This document shows, one piece after another, positions 26,617-37,270 of a stretch of DNA of 63,259 bases (positions within the stretch are counted from its first letter, which is position 1; every line of letters starts with the position of its first letter). This DNA comes from a virus (Duplodnaviria > Caudoviricetes). The notes under the pieces were generated by a model, which was given only the letters and a program-made list of their open reading frames with translations, did not search any database and was not told where the DNA came from. Made by a program: the position numbers and the translations under genes. The stretch spans positions 1 to 63,259 of IMG/VR virus record IMGVR_UViG_3300025108_000002, one strand, 5' to 3'.

Positions 26617-27333
26617 TTATTCGGCTCCCATTCTTTGACCACCTAATTGTGCTAAACTACCAAACATACCTGTTATAGCGCTAGTTTGATCAGCTCCAGC
26701 TTGTGCTTCGGCTCTTGCAGCTCCAGATATTTGAGAAGCAACTCTATTCATTTTAGCAACTTCTCTTTGCTCTGTAGCTCCAAAAACAAATTGCTTACCA
26801 GCTGCCTCAGCTTGTTGTATTCTTTGACCTTCACTAAGTTGAATTCCTTGCAGTCTTCTTGCTTCTGCTAGTTTTTGCATTTCCATTTGTTGTTGACCTT
26901 GAGCTCTTTTATCTTCATTTGCTTTTTCTTGTGCCTCTATGCTAGCGGCTACGCCTTGTTTAGATTTTAAAGCTGCTTCAGCTAAAGCTGTCGCTCCACC
27001 CGCGCTAGCTCCAGTTGCTCTTAACGTGTCTAATGTGTTGGCTAAAGCTATATTGCTTTGATCTATTTTCATTTCAGCAGCTTGAGTTGCTACGCTTAAA
27101 TTTGCAAAAGGATTACTTATTTTATTAGACAAATCTTGAGCTATACTAGATAAGTTTGTAATGCCTTCATACGGGTTTATAACAGCTTGTCTATTATTTT
27201 CAAGTTCTGTCAATTTTTTCTGAAGCATTTTTCTGCGCTTGCGTGCTCTTCTTTTAGCTCGTCTAGCTTTACCTCCGCCAATAAGACCGCCAGCTATACT
27301 AGCTACGCCGCTACCTACCATTATATAACTCAT
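26617..27333 (-). CDS. Putative DNA ejection/internal virion protein
   Basis: Gly/Ala-rich hydrophobic N-terminus, basic patch and A/Q-rich helices typical of podoviral ejection proteins. Confidence 0.65.
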   Translation of the reverse strand: MSYIMVGSGVASIAGGLIGGGKARRAKRRARKRRKMLQKKLTELENNRQAVINPYEGITNLSSIAQDLSNKISNPFANLSVATQAAEMKIDQSNIALANTLDTLRATGASAGGATALAEAALKSKQGVAASIEAQEKANEDKRAQGQQQMEMQKLAEARRLQGIQLSEGQRIQQAEAAGKQFVFGATEQREVAKMNRVASQISGAARAEAQAGADQTSAITGMFGSLAQLGGQRMGAE

Positions 27334-27791
27334 TTTTTATCTATTTTTTTTGTTTCATCTTGTTGTAAATAATACTGTTCGTATGTATCAACAACGTTAT
27401 TTTTTTCTAATTTTTTAATGTCTTTTTCATTAGTGGGATTAGAAAACACATTTGTAAATATACAATCTTCTAAAGCATAAACAGCTCTTTTAATACCAGG
27501 TTTAGATATTATAGTAGTAGGAGCTTCTATAACTTGTCTTCCATTTTCTTCATCTACAATGATCATTTTGCCTTTTAATAAAAAACTAACATGCTCATGT
27601 AAATGTATTTTTCCAATAGCAAATATATCTTTAGGTATAGTTATTTCCCTTATATGCATGCCCTTTGCAAAAGTATTTTTAACAGGGCAATTATCAGTAT
27701 CTCCAAAAAAAACGTCTAGATCTTCTGAGTTTTCTAAACTTGTTTGGAAATCAACTATGCTATTTCTAATTTTTTTAGCTAGTTTATTCAT
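27330..27791 (-). CDS. Cupin-fold protein
   Basis: HIREITIPK...GKIHLHEHVSFLLKG...SKPGIKRAVYALEDC. Confidence 0.65.
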   Translation of the reverse strand: MNKLAKKIRNSIVDFQTSLENSEDLDVFFGDTDNCPVKNTFAKGMHIREITIPKDIFAIGKIHLHEHVSFLLKGKMIIVDEENGRQVIEAPTTIISKPGIKRAVYALEDCIFTNVFSNPTNEKDIKKLEKNNVVDTYEQYYLQQDETKKIDKK

Positions 27792-27801
27792 TTAATTTTA
27801 T

Positions 27802-29094
27802 TTAATAAGATGATTCGTTGTATTCTGTAGATACAGCAAATAATTCGTTTTTATCAGTATCTGAAGCATTTGTAGCTGAAAAAACAGCTGTTGCAAAAAA
27901 TCCTTTAACACCAGAAACTTGACCGCCATAAACAACTTCACCTTGATTAACAGACGATGTGTTAATTAAATCTGCAAAATACTTGTTTTCTTTTGATTTA
28001 AATATATTCTGTAAAACTTGAGCTTCCATTTGAGCTAAAGTAGTAGGTATTACATTAACGCCTACAGGTGTTACTGTGTCATTGTCACTTGTAATAAAAC
28101 TATTTAAAGCCCAATTATTGTCTCCTTCGTAGTTTATAGTTCTAAATCTTTTAACTAAAGAAGGTTGTTGATTAAATATAGTTGTAATAGTTGAATCAGT
28201 GGATCCACCTTGAGCTCCATTATAAAAAGTTGCTCTGTTTACTGCTGTTGAATAATGTTGAAATATAGCTCCACTGTGTGTAGTATAAAAGTTATTTTGA
28301 ACACTAAATAATTGATTTGGTAAATAATTATACCTACTAGTCCAACCATTTACTTTTTCATCAAAACTAAGTGTTGTAAATGTTCCTTGAGAAAATTTAT
28401 TTTTTTCATATAACGACAAAGTGTAACACTTATTGTATATATCCCATCCAGCTCTAACTCTATCATCACTTAAATTAGCAAAAGCATCTCTAAAATAATC
28501 ATACATACCAAACGCAGATATTTCAGTTATACCATTATTACCTAATCTTAAAACAGCACCCTTATCTTTGTCTGTAAAATATTTATTATAACCATATATT
28601 GCAAAGCTTTCTGGATTTCTACTTATACCCCAATCACCTGTATAAGGTTGTATTCCACCAATAACAACATTTGAAGCTGTTTGAACTGGTTGACCTTCTT
28701 GTGTGTAAATAGCGTCTTTGTCTATCAAAGCTCTGTTAACTTTTCTCTCTTGGAATATAGTTAAATTAGTGTCTTCAGCATAAAGTTTTTGTATCGAGCC
28801 TTTGTGAGGATCAACTGTTCTTGTTATGTCTGCGCCAGAAGGAAAAACATTTGTTTGGTTTATACCTGTTCTTGAGTTAAATATACCTGAGTATATTATA
28901 GAAGATGGTCTAGGTTTTTGAGCATTATCTTCAGAAGCTAAAAAAGCTCTAGGGGCTAAACCAGTTTGCACATTGTTATAACCTCCTTTTATTCTTGACT
29001 CTTCAACAAACCAATTATAACCAGCAGGTACACCAACTCTATTTATTTTTTTTAAAACGTAAGTATTGTAATATTTAACTCTTATAAACGTCAT
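27802..29094 (-). CDS. Tail stabilization protein, C-terminal part (crAss-like)
   Basis: EESRIKGGYN, GSIQKL, GISRNPESFA, TLSFDEKVNGWTS, KENKYF. Confidence 0.7.
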   Translation of the reverse strand: MTFIRVKYYNTYVLKKINRVGVPAGYNWFVEESRIKGGYNNVQTGLAPRAFLASEDNAQKPRPSSIIYSGIFNSRTGINQTNVFPSGADITRTVDPHKGSIQKLYAEDTNLTIFQERKVNRALIDKDAIYTQEGQPVQTASNVVIGGIQPYTGDWGISRNPESFAIYGYNKYFTDKDKGAVLRLGNNGITEISAFGMYDYFRDAFANLSDDRVRAGWDIYNKCYTLSLYEKNKFSQGTFTTLSFDEKVNGWTSRYNYLPNQLFSVQNNFYTTHSGAIFQHYSTAVNRATFYNGAQGGSTDSTITTIFNQQPSLVKRFRTINYEGDNNWALNSFITSDNDTVTPVGVNVIPTTLAQMEAQVLQNIFKSKENKYFADLINTSSVNQGEVVYGGQVSGVKGFFATAVFSATNASDTDKNELFAVSTEYNESSY

Positions 29095-29098
29095 AATT

Positions 29099-29127
29099 TA
29101 TTATTACTTGTTTTTTTTAATTTTAAC
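29099..29127 (-). promoter_or_regulatory. Class II promoter-like motif
   Basis: GTTAA-N15-GTAATAATA, only 4 nt before the ATG of the 29094 gene. Confidence 0.45.
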
Positions 29128-29130
29128 ATA

Positions 29131-32100
29131 CTATGGTCCAGCTGCTATAGGCACCGCTGTTTGATAGTATTGAGTACCAACCGATGTTCCTCCGCTTACA
29201 TAAAAAGGATCTTGTGTTACAGGATTTATTGTAGTTGCATTAGTCGCACCAGCAATAGTAACATTTGCTCCACCTGCTTGACCTAATTGAGTAGTCCATT
29301 GTAGTGTAAATGTAGCACCTGTAAAATACTGAGTAAACTGCGCTCCAAAATTAACCATAGCAGAATTACTAAAATCATAAGTACCAGCAGTACCACCACT
29401 TGACGGGCTTTTTTGACCTGGTCTTACTCCAGCTGATTGCTGCACAGCATTAGGAGTAAAAGCTTTTAATCTACAAACTACAACAGAATAAGTCCCAGGT
29501 GAAGTTGTTATTGTTTGGTTTATGTCTGCTTGAAAGGTAACTGGGCCGTAAGTACTAGCCCAAGCTTGACCATCTGGTTTTTCACCTAATTGACCTGTGT
29601 TTCCTGGAGCAAAAGGTTGACATCTAGCTGTAGCTGATCCTTGATTAGCACCACTACCAGGAGATAATATAGCCCAAACATCTACGTCAGTTGTTGTCCA
29701 GTTTTGTATTTGACCTAACCATTTTGCAAAAGTAAAACCTGGGCCACCTGTAATAGCGCCCCAAGATTGAGAATTTGAATTACTATTTGGAAAACCAAGT
29801 CTAGGTACTTGACCATACGTAGAGGTATTACTTGCTTTTTGATTGTACGCTTTTGTAATTACTTGACCAGTATAATTTGTAGCAGCACAATTATAGCATA
29901 TTGTAAAGTCTACAGTGTCACCATATGTATCGGTTAATCTTAATCCATAACAATAGTTATATCCAGCTTGAGTACCAGCGCTTGTAGCATTCATGCCAAA
30001 AACCCAATAACTAGGTTGGTTACCACTTCCAGAGGGAAAAACATTTGAAAATTGAGGACTTATACTAGCTATATCACTTATAGGGTTGTTTCCTGTTGAA
30101 TCTAAATCACCGTAGTAAATAGTAGGATTAGTTCCAGCTCCAACCCAAGTTTTAGTACAATTTAATATAGTATAACCTGAGTTAGAAGGTGTTCCGTTAA
30201 AAGTTCTTGAATTATCACTAGTATGAGCCTGTTGTAAAGCATATGTATTTGCTGCACAACCATTAGACCCTATAGGTGTTGCTGCTGGACCTGTTGGACT
30301 TGAACTAGTATAATTTGGATTAGGAACAATTACTGTAGTACTAGAAGCTGTGCTTGGTGCTATATCAAAAGTAGAAGGTACATTTTGAACTAATGGACTT
30401 GAGTTTTGTAATTGTAAATCTATTGTTTGGTCAACAGTTACGCCATCAGCCTGAGTCCATCTAATATTTATTTGAAAATTACCTCTAGTGTCTGTGTCAA
30501 ATAACGTTTCACCTGACACAGCTCCGTTTCCTGCATAAAACGTATCTAGCGTTTGTATAGCATAACCACCACTACCATCAGCAACTAAACCAAGTCTATT
30601 TGTTCCGTTTGGTCCATAATCTATACTAGTATCTATAACATTATTTGGATATGATCTAGAAAATATACTTAATATTTGTAAAGTAGCTGTTGTTACTTGT
30701 TGCCCACTTGCTGTAGGATAAAAATAAGATGTAACAACTGTACCTATTGGATCATTTTCAGTTAAGTCTTTTACTGCATTATTCCACGTGTTACCTGTTA
30801 TATCAGTGTTTTCATTTTGTACATCTAAGTTTAAATCAGATATTAAACCTGTGGTTGATGTTTCGTAAAATAATTCTAAAGGAGAAACTAAAGGCGTTGT
30901 TTCTAATACAGCTAATCCCATGTTAGGCGGATAAGGATAGTTACCTGTTCCTGAAGCTGGAGTAGCGTAATCACTTTCTGGAATACCAACTCTTAAATTA
31001 GTAGAAAACTTAGCTAACATAGGTTGACTTTCATCGTCATATATAGCTTCTTCTTTTATATTAGGGGCAGTTCCTCCATCAACTGGAGCAGGAAATAAAT
31101 CACTAACAGTACCTATTAACTCCACTTTATCAGGCGAAGTAGCTGGATCTATTTGTTTATTTACAGCAAAAAACCCAGCTGGCGCTGAATTTACATGAAC
31201 TATGTTAGTAACTCTTGGATAAACTTTAGCATCACTAGTAAATTGAACATCTCTTGGCCCTACTGACTGTAGATCTCTAGGTACTTTATTTATATTATCA
31301 GATATTAAAGTTACAAAACCTATTTCATCTAGCTCTAACGTTTCATTTACAACTGGATAACCATTTATTATACCAGGTAAATAAACATTATAATAATCTT
31401 GTTCTATTTGTTTAACACCAAACTTATAGCTATAAAAACCTTTTACATTAATATCGTATGTAGCAAATACTTCTTCCGTTCCATTGGTCCATGTTTTTTC
31501 AGGTCTAGTTGTAGGTGCTCCATTATATAGGTAACTTTTATTCACTTGTTCTTCAGTCATAAAGTCTACCTTATAAACACCGTCTGTATCACTTGTTGGA
31601 GTAGCTGAAACTATTTCTGTATAATCTATGTATTGTCCAGACAAGTATTTACCTACTCCAAAGTAGTTTTCCCATTGTGCAGGAAACTCTGGAAACAAAG
31701 GCCTAGCGGCACTAGCACTAGCAGTTGTGTAACTATAAAGATTTTGCGTAGTGTATAGTAATTGCACTTTTACATTATGATTTAATGTTATTCCATTTGT
31801 AAAAGTTATTCTTACTTTTCCTGTTACATTAGAAACAGCATAACCTAAGTTACTATCAGATGGATCTCTTAAAACATAACCATCTCCGCTATTAACATAA
31901 ACACTTAGTGTATTTGCGCCAGCCTGTGAGTCTGCGTAATCAATAGCTTGTGTTGTAAAAACTGTTTGACTTGCAGTTGCTGTAAAATACTGAGAGCTAT
32001 TACTCCAGAAATAAGGATACCTAGCATCAGTAGTTGACTCCATTTTAACAGTAAAATAATTGCCTTGCGCGTAAGCTCCAGGATATGCTCCAGATTCATT

Positions 32101-34116
32101 TTCTGGTATTGGCTGTAGATAATTAACTTGAAGAGTATCTCCTGTCCAAGCATCTATATCATTAGTAAAAGATAAGGGTTTATAATCACTAAAATAATTA
32201 GAACCTGCCTGAGGTTTTCCTTCAGAATCTAATCTAGCATCTTGAGAGGATAATATTATATCTGTTTGTCTACCAAATTTATCTGCAAGAACTATACCTA
32301 CTTGATAGTTTCTATTTTGTTTTAATGAGTGTTGAGGATATTCTACAAATTGTTGTTGTGATTTGTTGGTGACATCAACATAATAATCTAATGATCTAGG
32401 AGCTGTCCAACCTTCTAAATAATTAGAATACATTACTCTATTACCAGTAATTTCTTGAGCTAAAGCTTGTACCGGAACTTTATCAAATACTCTTGATGTT
32501 TCAAAAGAAGGTAATGTAGTTATTGGAATTGTAGACTGATAGTTGTATTTGTATATATTAGTGTTGTTTAAATTATTTATAAAGTCCTGGTCAACAGTTA
32601 TTGACTCTAAAACTTGATAAGATAATTTATCAGACTCTTTAAATATAATATCAATTGCTTTTATTTTATATTTATCTATTATATCAATACAAGGTAAAGG
32701 TATATTTAAAACAGCATTGTTAATAGAATTAGTCATAAATTCTACAACTGTTGTTATAAAAGCTTGGTTTTCGTCATCATTAACAAATTTACCTTCTTGA
32801 AAAGGTATAAAAACATCTTGACTAAAAGGCGCTACTACAGAATATTCGTTGTCGTTAAATTTAAATCTATAACTAAATCTAACAAATTTTTCTGTTAAAA
32901 AATCTTCATCACCATTCCATCCTTGATACTGCTGACTTGCATCTTCTACAACTCTTATAGACATACCCGCTTTAGTATCTGTTTGACCAGACACATCAGC
33001 TGTAGCAGCTGTAGTATCACTATATTTAACAAAAGGAGTATTAGATCCAGCGGCAGAGTCGCTTGTCCAATAGAAAGCATTACCAGTTATATGCTGAAAA
33101 GTATTAGAACTTGTGTTTGGTCTATAGCCACCAGGTCTAACGTTTAAACCTGATAAATTGCTACCTGGATTATTAGCCCAATAATTTATACTTTTTTGCT
33201 GAGTCATTGAGTCAGCTTGTACAATAGTTGTCCATTCTGCTAGACTTGGAACTTTAAATCCTATTGGAGCTAAACCTCTAGGATCTATAACCGCCCATTT
33301 GTTATATAAAAAACCATAAGTTACTCCGTTTCCAGTATAGTCTTCATAAATACAATATGCGCCTACTTGAGCAGAGTCTTTAGCATCCCACTCAGCAACT
33401 GTAAACAAAGGTCCATCTATTTGATCTCCATTTCTATATTTTGTTACAGCTAAGTTTTCATTAGAAACTGTTAATATATTAGCTCTAACTGTTGATGGAT
33501 CAGAAGCATTACTCATAGTTGATGGCTTTAAATCCGTAGTACCGTACCAGTTAGTCTCTGTATCTCTTAAATTTATGTATTCAGGTGGGTTTATAGGAGC
33601 AAATTTAGCAACAGATATTTGATCTTCGTTATAATAATAGCTAGAATCACTTTGCGCTCTATTTACGTTTATTTTTCTAGGTTGATTTCTATTGTCTGTC
33701 CAAAAAAGTAAATCTTCAACTAAATTAATACCTGTAACACGATGTGATTTAGAAAAATTCAACCAACTACCACTAACTAAAACAGTCGTGGTACCTGTTT
33801 GATTACCTAAAGTTATCATTTCAATAGAACAATTAGCAGTTGTAGGTGCTGCTGAATTAGAATTATGATCTGTTTTAAGATAATAAACAACGCGGTTAGT
33901 ATCATCAACTACATATCCTATTATTTCAGCATTAGTTGAAGTTACGTTTCCTACTAATTGATTACCAAGTATAGCCTCTAGCGCACCAACGTCACTAGCT
34001 TCTGATCTAGATATAGCAACATTAGTAGCGTCTCTATATTCGTTATTTGGAATTAATCGCTCATCTAAGTCTTTGTTCATTTTAGACTTAATGAAACTAT
34101 TTTTACCTTCTGCCAT
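29131..34116 (-). CDS. Tail stabilization protein, N-terminal part, with inserted FISUMP-like domain
   Basis: KMNKDLDERLIP..EYRDATN, LLFWTDNRNQPRKIN, HSLKQNRNYQVGIVLADKFGR. Confidence 0.75.
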   Translation of the reverse strand: MAEGKNSFIKSKMNKDLDERLIPNNEYRDATNVAISRSEASDVGALEAILGNQLVGNVTSTNAEIIGYVVDDTNRVVYYLKTDHNSNSAAPTTANCSIEMITLGNQTGTTTVLVSGSWLNFSKSHRVTGINLVEDLLFWTDNRNQPRKINVNRAQSDSSYYYNEDQISVAKFAPINPPEYINLRDTETNWYGTTDLKPSTMSNASDPSTVRANILTVSNENLAVTKYRNGDQIDGPLFTVAEWDAKDSAQVGAYCIYEDYTGNGVTYGFLYNKWAVIDPRGLAPIGFKVPSLAEWTTIVQADSMTQQKSINYWANNPGSNLSGLNVRPGGYRPNTSSNTFQHITGNAFYWTSDSAAGSNTPFVKYSDTTAATADVSGQTDTKAGMSIRVVEDASQQYQGWNGDEDFLTEKFVRFSYRFKFNDNEYSVVAPFSQDVFIPFQEGKFVNDDENQAFITTVVEFMTNSINNAVLNIPLPCIDIIDKYKIKAIDIIFKESDKLSYQVLESITVDQDFINNLNNTNIYKYNYQSTIPITTLPSFETSRVFDKVPVQALAQEITGNRVMYSNYLEGWTAPRSLDYYVDVTNKSQQQFVEYPQHSLKQNRNYQVGIVLADKFGRQTDIILSSQDARLDSEGKPQAGSNYFSDYKPLSFTNDIDAWTGDTLQVNYLQPIPENESGAYPGAYAQGNYFTVKMESTTDARYPYFWSNSSQYFTATASQTVFTTQAIDYADSQAGANTLSVYVNSGDGYVLRDPSDSNLGYAVSNVTGKVRITFTNGITLNHNVKVQLLYTTQNLYSYTTASASAARPLFPEFPAQWENYFGVGKYLSGQYIDYTEIVSATPTSDTDGVYKVDFMTEEQVNKSYLYNGAPTTRPEKTWTNGTEEVFATYDINVKGFYSYKFGVKQIEQDYYNVYLPGIINGYPVVNETLELDEIGFVTLISDNINKVPRDLQSVGPRDVQFTSDAKVYPRVTNIVHVNSAPAGFFAVNKQIDPATSPDKVELIGTVSDLFPAPVDGGTAPNIKEEAIYDDESQPMLAKFSTNLRVGIPESDYATPASGTGNYPYPPNMGLAVLETTPLVSPLELFYETSTTGLISDLNLDVQNENTDITGNTWNNAVKDLTENDPIGTVVTSYFYPTASGQQVTTATLQILSIFSRSYPNNVIDTSIDYGPNGTNRLGLVADGSGGYAIQTLDTFYAGNGAVSGETLFDTDTRGNFQINIRWTQADGVTVDQTIDLQLQNSSPLVQNVPSTFDIAPSTASSTTVIVPNPNYTSSSPTGPAATPIGSNGCAANTYALQQAHTSDNSRTFNGTPSNSGYTILNCTKTWVGAGTNPTIYYGDLDSTGNNPISDIASISPQFSNVFPSGSGNQPSYWVFGMNATSAGTQAGYNYCYGLRLTDTYGDTVDFTICYNCAATNYTGQVITKAYNQKASNTSTYGQVPRLGFPNSNSNSQSWGAITGGPGFTFAKWLGQIQNWTTTDVDVWAILSPGSGANQGSATARCQPFAPGNTGQLGEKPDGQAWASTYGPVTFQADINQTITTSPGTYSVVVCRLKAFTPNAVQQSAGVRPGQKSPSSGGTAGTYDFSNSAMVNFGAQFTQYFTGATFTLQWTTQLGQAGGANVTIAGATNATTINPVTQDPFYVSGGTSVGTQYYQTAVPIAAGP

Positions 34117-34122
34117 TTAATT

Positions 34123-35367
34123 TTAGTGTTTTATCCATTTAGACTTACCTCTCATAACTTGTACTATTTCGTCAAGTTTAATATTAGACAGTCTTATTTT
34201 AGCGTTTCTTAGCTTAGCACTTTTTTCTTTTCTTAATCTTTGAACTATGTATTCTTGTACATTTGCTCTACCTGCTAATACATTATATAGTATATAAGCA
34301 TATAATGCATCTTCGGCCATCTTAGGCACCTTGGTATCCATGTCATAAGCTAAACCGTCAGATACATATTCTATTATTACAAGTTTGTCAACACAATTGC
34401 TAGAAAAAGTAAATCTACCTTCTCTTTCATTAATACCAAACCAACCGTTTGCTTGTGAGTACTGAGGATCTAAACCATAAAGTCTTCCCCAATTAAAAGG
34501 TCCATTTATACCATAGTTGTCCCAAGCATAACCAAAGTTATCCCAGTTTTGATACCATGTTCCGTTTATTAATTGAGTATTAGCTTGACCCCATCTTTCT
34601 TCTGTTATAGATGTTCCTTCTGTATTTTCACCATGACTGTCTTGAGTAGGTTGTCCAGCAGAATCTTGTAGAAAAGTATTATATGGATTTGTAGTTAAAT
34701 TGTTATTAGGGTATAAAGGTCTTTTTACACCAAAACCATCTATATAGCAAATACTAACATAGTTAACATAGTCTTGAGGTATTGTTAAAGAAAGTGAATC
34801 TGGAATTGTTAATTCAGATGATTTAATACTTTTTAATGTATCGTAGCTAAATTCTTGCAAACCTCTTTTAGCATGAAATATTATATCTGTTCTTTTAGCT
34901 TCTGGTATTAATTTATCTTTACCTACGTAACCTACTAAAAAATTACTTACAATATCATTTAACTTAACGTAAGCATAACTACCATAGTTGTTTTCTACCG
35001 TTTGACCAAAAGCTTTTTCGTTATCTGTGTTACCGTATTTACCTCCATTTAAAGATTTTAATTGAACAACTATATATATATTAGCGCCTGGAGCAGCATT
35101 TAATATTAATGTTTTACCATCAGATCCTACTGACATTGCTGTTGTCCACTCTGACCAAGTACCAGCAAAACCACTAGAACTAGTATAAACTTTAAAATTA
35201 TTTAAAACATAATCAGCATTTGTAGTGTTCCAACTACCTGCACTACCCATTTTTAAATCTGTGTCAAAACTAGTAACAAATTCTTGATTTTGATCGTTTG
35301 CGTTGTTACCTCTGAAACCTTGTGATCCAGCGTAGTATTGTTGATTTGTTTCTGTTATTAAACCCAT
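34123..35367 (-). CDS. Tail/neck ring structural protein
   Basis: FHAKRGLQEFSYD, PQDYVNYV, IEYVSDGL; position after the capsid module. Confidence 0.65.
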   Translation of the reverse strand: MGLITETNQQYYAGSQGFRGNNANDQNQEFVTSFDTDLKMGSAGSWNTTNADYVLNNFKVYTSSSGFAGTWSEWTTAMSVGSDGKTLILNAAPGANIYIVVQLKSLNGGKYGNTDNEKAFGQTVENNYGSYAYVKLNDIVSNFLVGYVGKDKLIPEAKRTDIIFHAKRGLQEFSYDTLKSIKSSELTIPDSLSLTIPQDYVNYVSICYIDGFGVKRPLYPNNNLTTNPYNTFLQDSAGQPTQDSHGENTEGTSITEERWGQANTQLINGTWYQNWDNFGYAWDNYGINGPFNWGRLYGLDPQYSQANGWFGINEREGRFTFSSNCVDKLVIIEYVSDGLAYDMDTKVPKMAEDALYAYILYNVLAGRANVQEYIVQRLRKEKSAKLRNAKIRLSNIKLDEIVQVMRGKSKWIKH

Positions 35368-36305
35368 TATGATCTTTGATTTTGTTGTTCTTTGGCTACC
35401 TCTGCAGCTGCAACTTCAATTATAGTTCTGTCTTTTATAACAACCCCAGCGTACATTAATATTTGCAATATAATATTTGTTTGCTCTGTATCATCGAGCT
35501 CAAAGTCCACTGAGTTTGTATTATCATATTCGTAATAACCATTTGTTGATGTAAAATTCCACATTACATCTGCTGGTTTTTTAATATACGTAGCCTGTAC
35601 TCTGTCTAAAATTGTTTGTGGATGTATTATTATTTGTTTATTTTCATACAAATAAACTGGGAAATAATCTGTAGGCTTACTAATAGGTGACATGTTTAAT
35701 TGTGCTAGCTTGTTTCTTTGTATTGGCTCTACTTCTCTATCATCTCTATATAAAACAGTTCCTAATTTATAAAAATCATTAGGATACAATGTTATAACTA
35801 AATTATTAGCATTGCCAGCAGGTAAATTACCAGCTAATAGTGTTAGTTGTCCACCTATTATAGAATAATTGTTAGCAGGATAAACAACGCCTAAATAAGT
35901 CACTATTACATTGCTAATGTCTACTTGTGTTTGAGTTATAGTTGTTAAGGTATATACTGATTGAGTACTAACTGTTGTAAAGTTTTGTACGCCGCTGGGT
36001 GTTCCTGAAGAAGCTGGAACACTAAAATAACCAGGAGTGGTTGCGGTAGGAGCTGTATAAGCACAATCGCCTATTCTTTTAAATATATCTAATTGTTCTT
36101 GAGCGTTTTTAAGTCTATTAGCATATTCTGTTTCATTTTGCAATACACGTGTTTGTTGATTAATAGTTTCAAAATAAGTGTCTATTATTTCTAATTGAAC
36201 TTGCGTTGCTAGCCTATTAAACTCACTTGGAGTTAGATAACCTCTTTGTTCTTTATTTGTTATTAATAAGACTGTTTTGTATACTTGATCTACGTTTACT
36301 GCCAT
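35367..36305 (-). CDS. Tail tubular/adaptor protein
   Basis: MAVNVDQVYKTVL..NKEQRGYLTPSEFN, YIKKP, SVDFEL. Confidence 0.7.
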   Translation of the reverse strand: MAVNVDQVYKTVLLITNKEQRGYLTPSEFNRLATQVQLEIIDTYFETINQQTRVLQNETEYANRLKNAQEQLDIFKRIGDCAYTAPTATTPGYFSVPASSGTPSGVQNFTTVSTQSVYTLTTITQTQVDISNVIVTYLGVVYPANNYSIIGGQLTLLAGNLPAGNANNLVITLYPNDFYKLGTVLYRDDREVEPIQRNKLAQLNMSPISKPTDYFPVYLYENKQIIIHPQTILDRVQATYIKKPADVMWNFTSTNGYYEYDNTNSVDFELDDTEQTNIILQILMYAGVVIKDRTIIEVAAAEVAKEQQNQRS

Positions 36306-36323
36306 TTTAAATATTTTTATACT

Positions 36324-36346
36324 AAAAAGGCGGCCGAAACCGCCTT
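36324..36346 (-). terminator. Intrinsic terminator
   Basis: AAGGCGGT-TTCG-GCCGCC followed by TTTTT on the - strand. Confidence 0.85.
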
Positions 36347-36365
36347 GTATTAGTATCACATGTTT

Positions 36366-37184
36366 TTATAGTTTTTTATCTATAGATCTATAAACCTCTA
36401 CACCTTCATCAGTTTTTAACCAAGCAGCAAATGCAGAATATGGATTTTCATCAAAAGGTACGTTCATTAATTTTCTACCGTTTGATCCCCATGTAAATGA
36501 TCTTTGATCACCAGATAACTTAATTATGTTAGCTTCAACTGCTCTTATAGCAAAGTTTCTAAGCTGTACGTTTTCATCTTTAGCTAGACTTATAAATAAT
36601 GATGGATTATTTCTAGCAAACAACATTAAGTCTCTTCTTAATTCTTTAGAGCTCATAGTGTTTACTTTAGAGCCTATTTCAACTCTTAGTATTGCTTCTG
36701 CAAAATCTACATCCATTTCTCTTGCTGCATTTAAAGCGTCTACTTGAAGATCTAATACATCTAATTCATCTTCGGCAACAGCAACAGCGCTAAATTCTTC
36801 ATAAACTTTATTTTTTAAAGGGTGATATAAAGATAATAGCTTTTGTAAATTTTGTTTAGATTTCTCTACTACCATTTTACCGTCTTTAAATATAATATGC
36901 CCCATAGTGCACTCTCCGTTTTGTTCATCTACAAGCGGTGAGTCTTGATTTGTTGCGTATCGTATTTCTCTTTGCTTACCTGATTCTTGATCAAAATAAA
37001 GCAGCGCATGCTTTTTTGTGTGCCTACCAGGTATTGTATAGGTTAAAGGAGTTTTACTTCCTTTAAGATAATAGATTCTGTCTTTTATTTCCCAACTAGG
37101 TTTTGTTGGTTTTTTTGGTGCAGTTTTTACTGCTACCTCTTGAGGTGCAACCTCAACAGCTTCTGCTTTAGCTTGTTTAGCCAT
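36366..37184 (-). CDS. Conserved protein downstream of the major capsid gene
   Basis: 272-aa ORF between the capsid and tail genes. Confidence 0.7.
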   Translation of the reverse strand: MAKQAKAEAVEVAPQEVAVKTAPKKPTKPSWEIKDRIYYLKGSKTPLTYTIPGRHTKKHALLYFDQESGKQREIRYATNQDSPLVDEQNGECTMGHIIFKDGKMVVEKSKQNLQKLLSLYHPLKNKVYEEFSAVAVAEDELDVLDLQVDALNAAREMDVDFAEAILRVEIGSKVNTMSSKELRRDLMLFARNNPSLFISLAKDENVQLRNFAIRAVEANIIKLSGDQRSFTWGSNGRKLMNVPFDENPYSAFAAWLKTDEGVEVYRSIDKKL

Positions 37185-37211
37185 AATATAATATAATATA
37201 AATGTTAATAA

Positions 37212-37247
37212 GGGTAATAATTACCCCCGTCAGTTCAACGAGGGTAA
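37212..37247 (-). terminator. Stem-loop after the major capsid gene
   Basis: TTACCCTCGTT-GAACT-GACGGGGGTAA then TTATT on the - strand. Confidence 0.55.
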
Positions 37248-37270
37248 GAATTACATTAATGTTGAATCAA

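Noticed and set aside
32945-33480. Diversity-generating retroelement target
   Set aside because: No reverse transcriptase gene or template repeat was seen in the genome
36306-36359. Longer N-terminus for the tail tubular gene
   Set aside because: The extension runs through a terminator hairpin; ATG at 36305 has the typical A-rich leader
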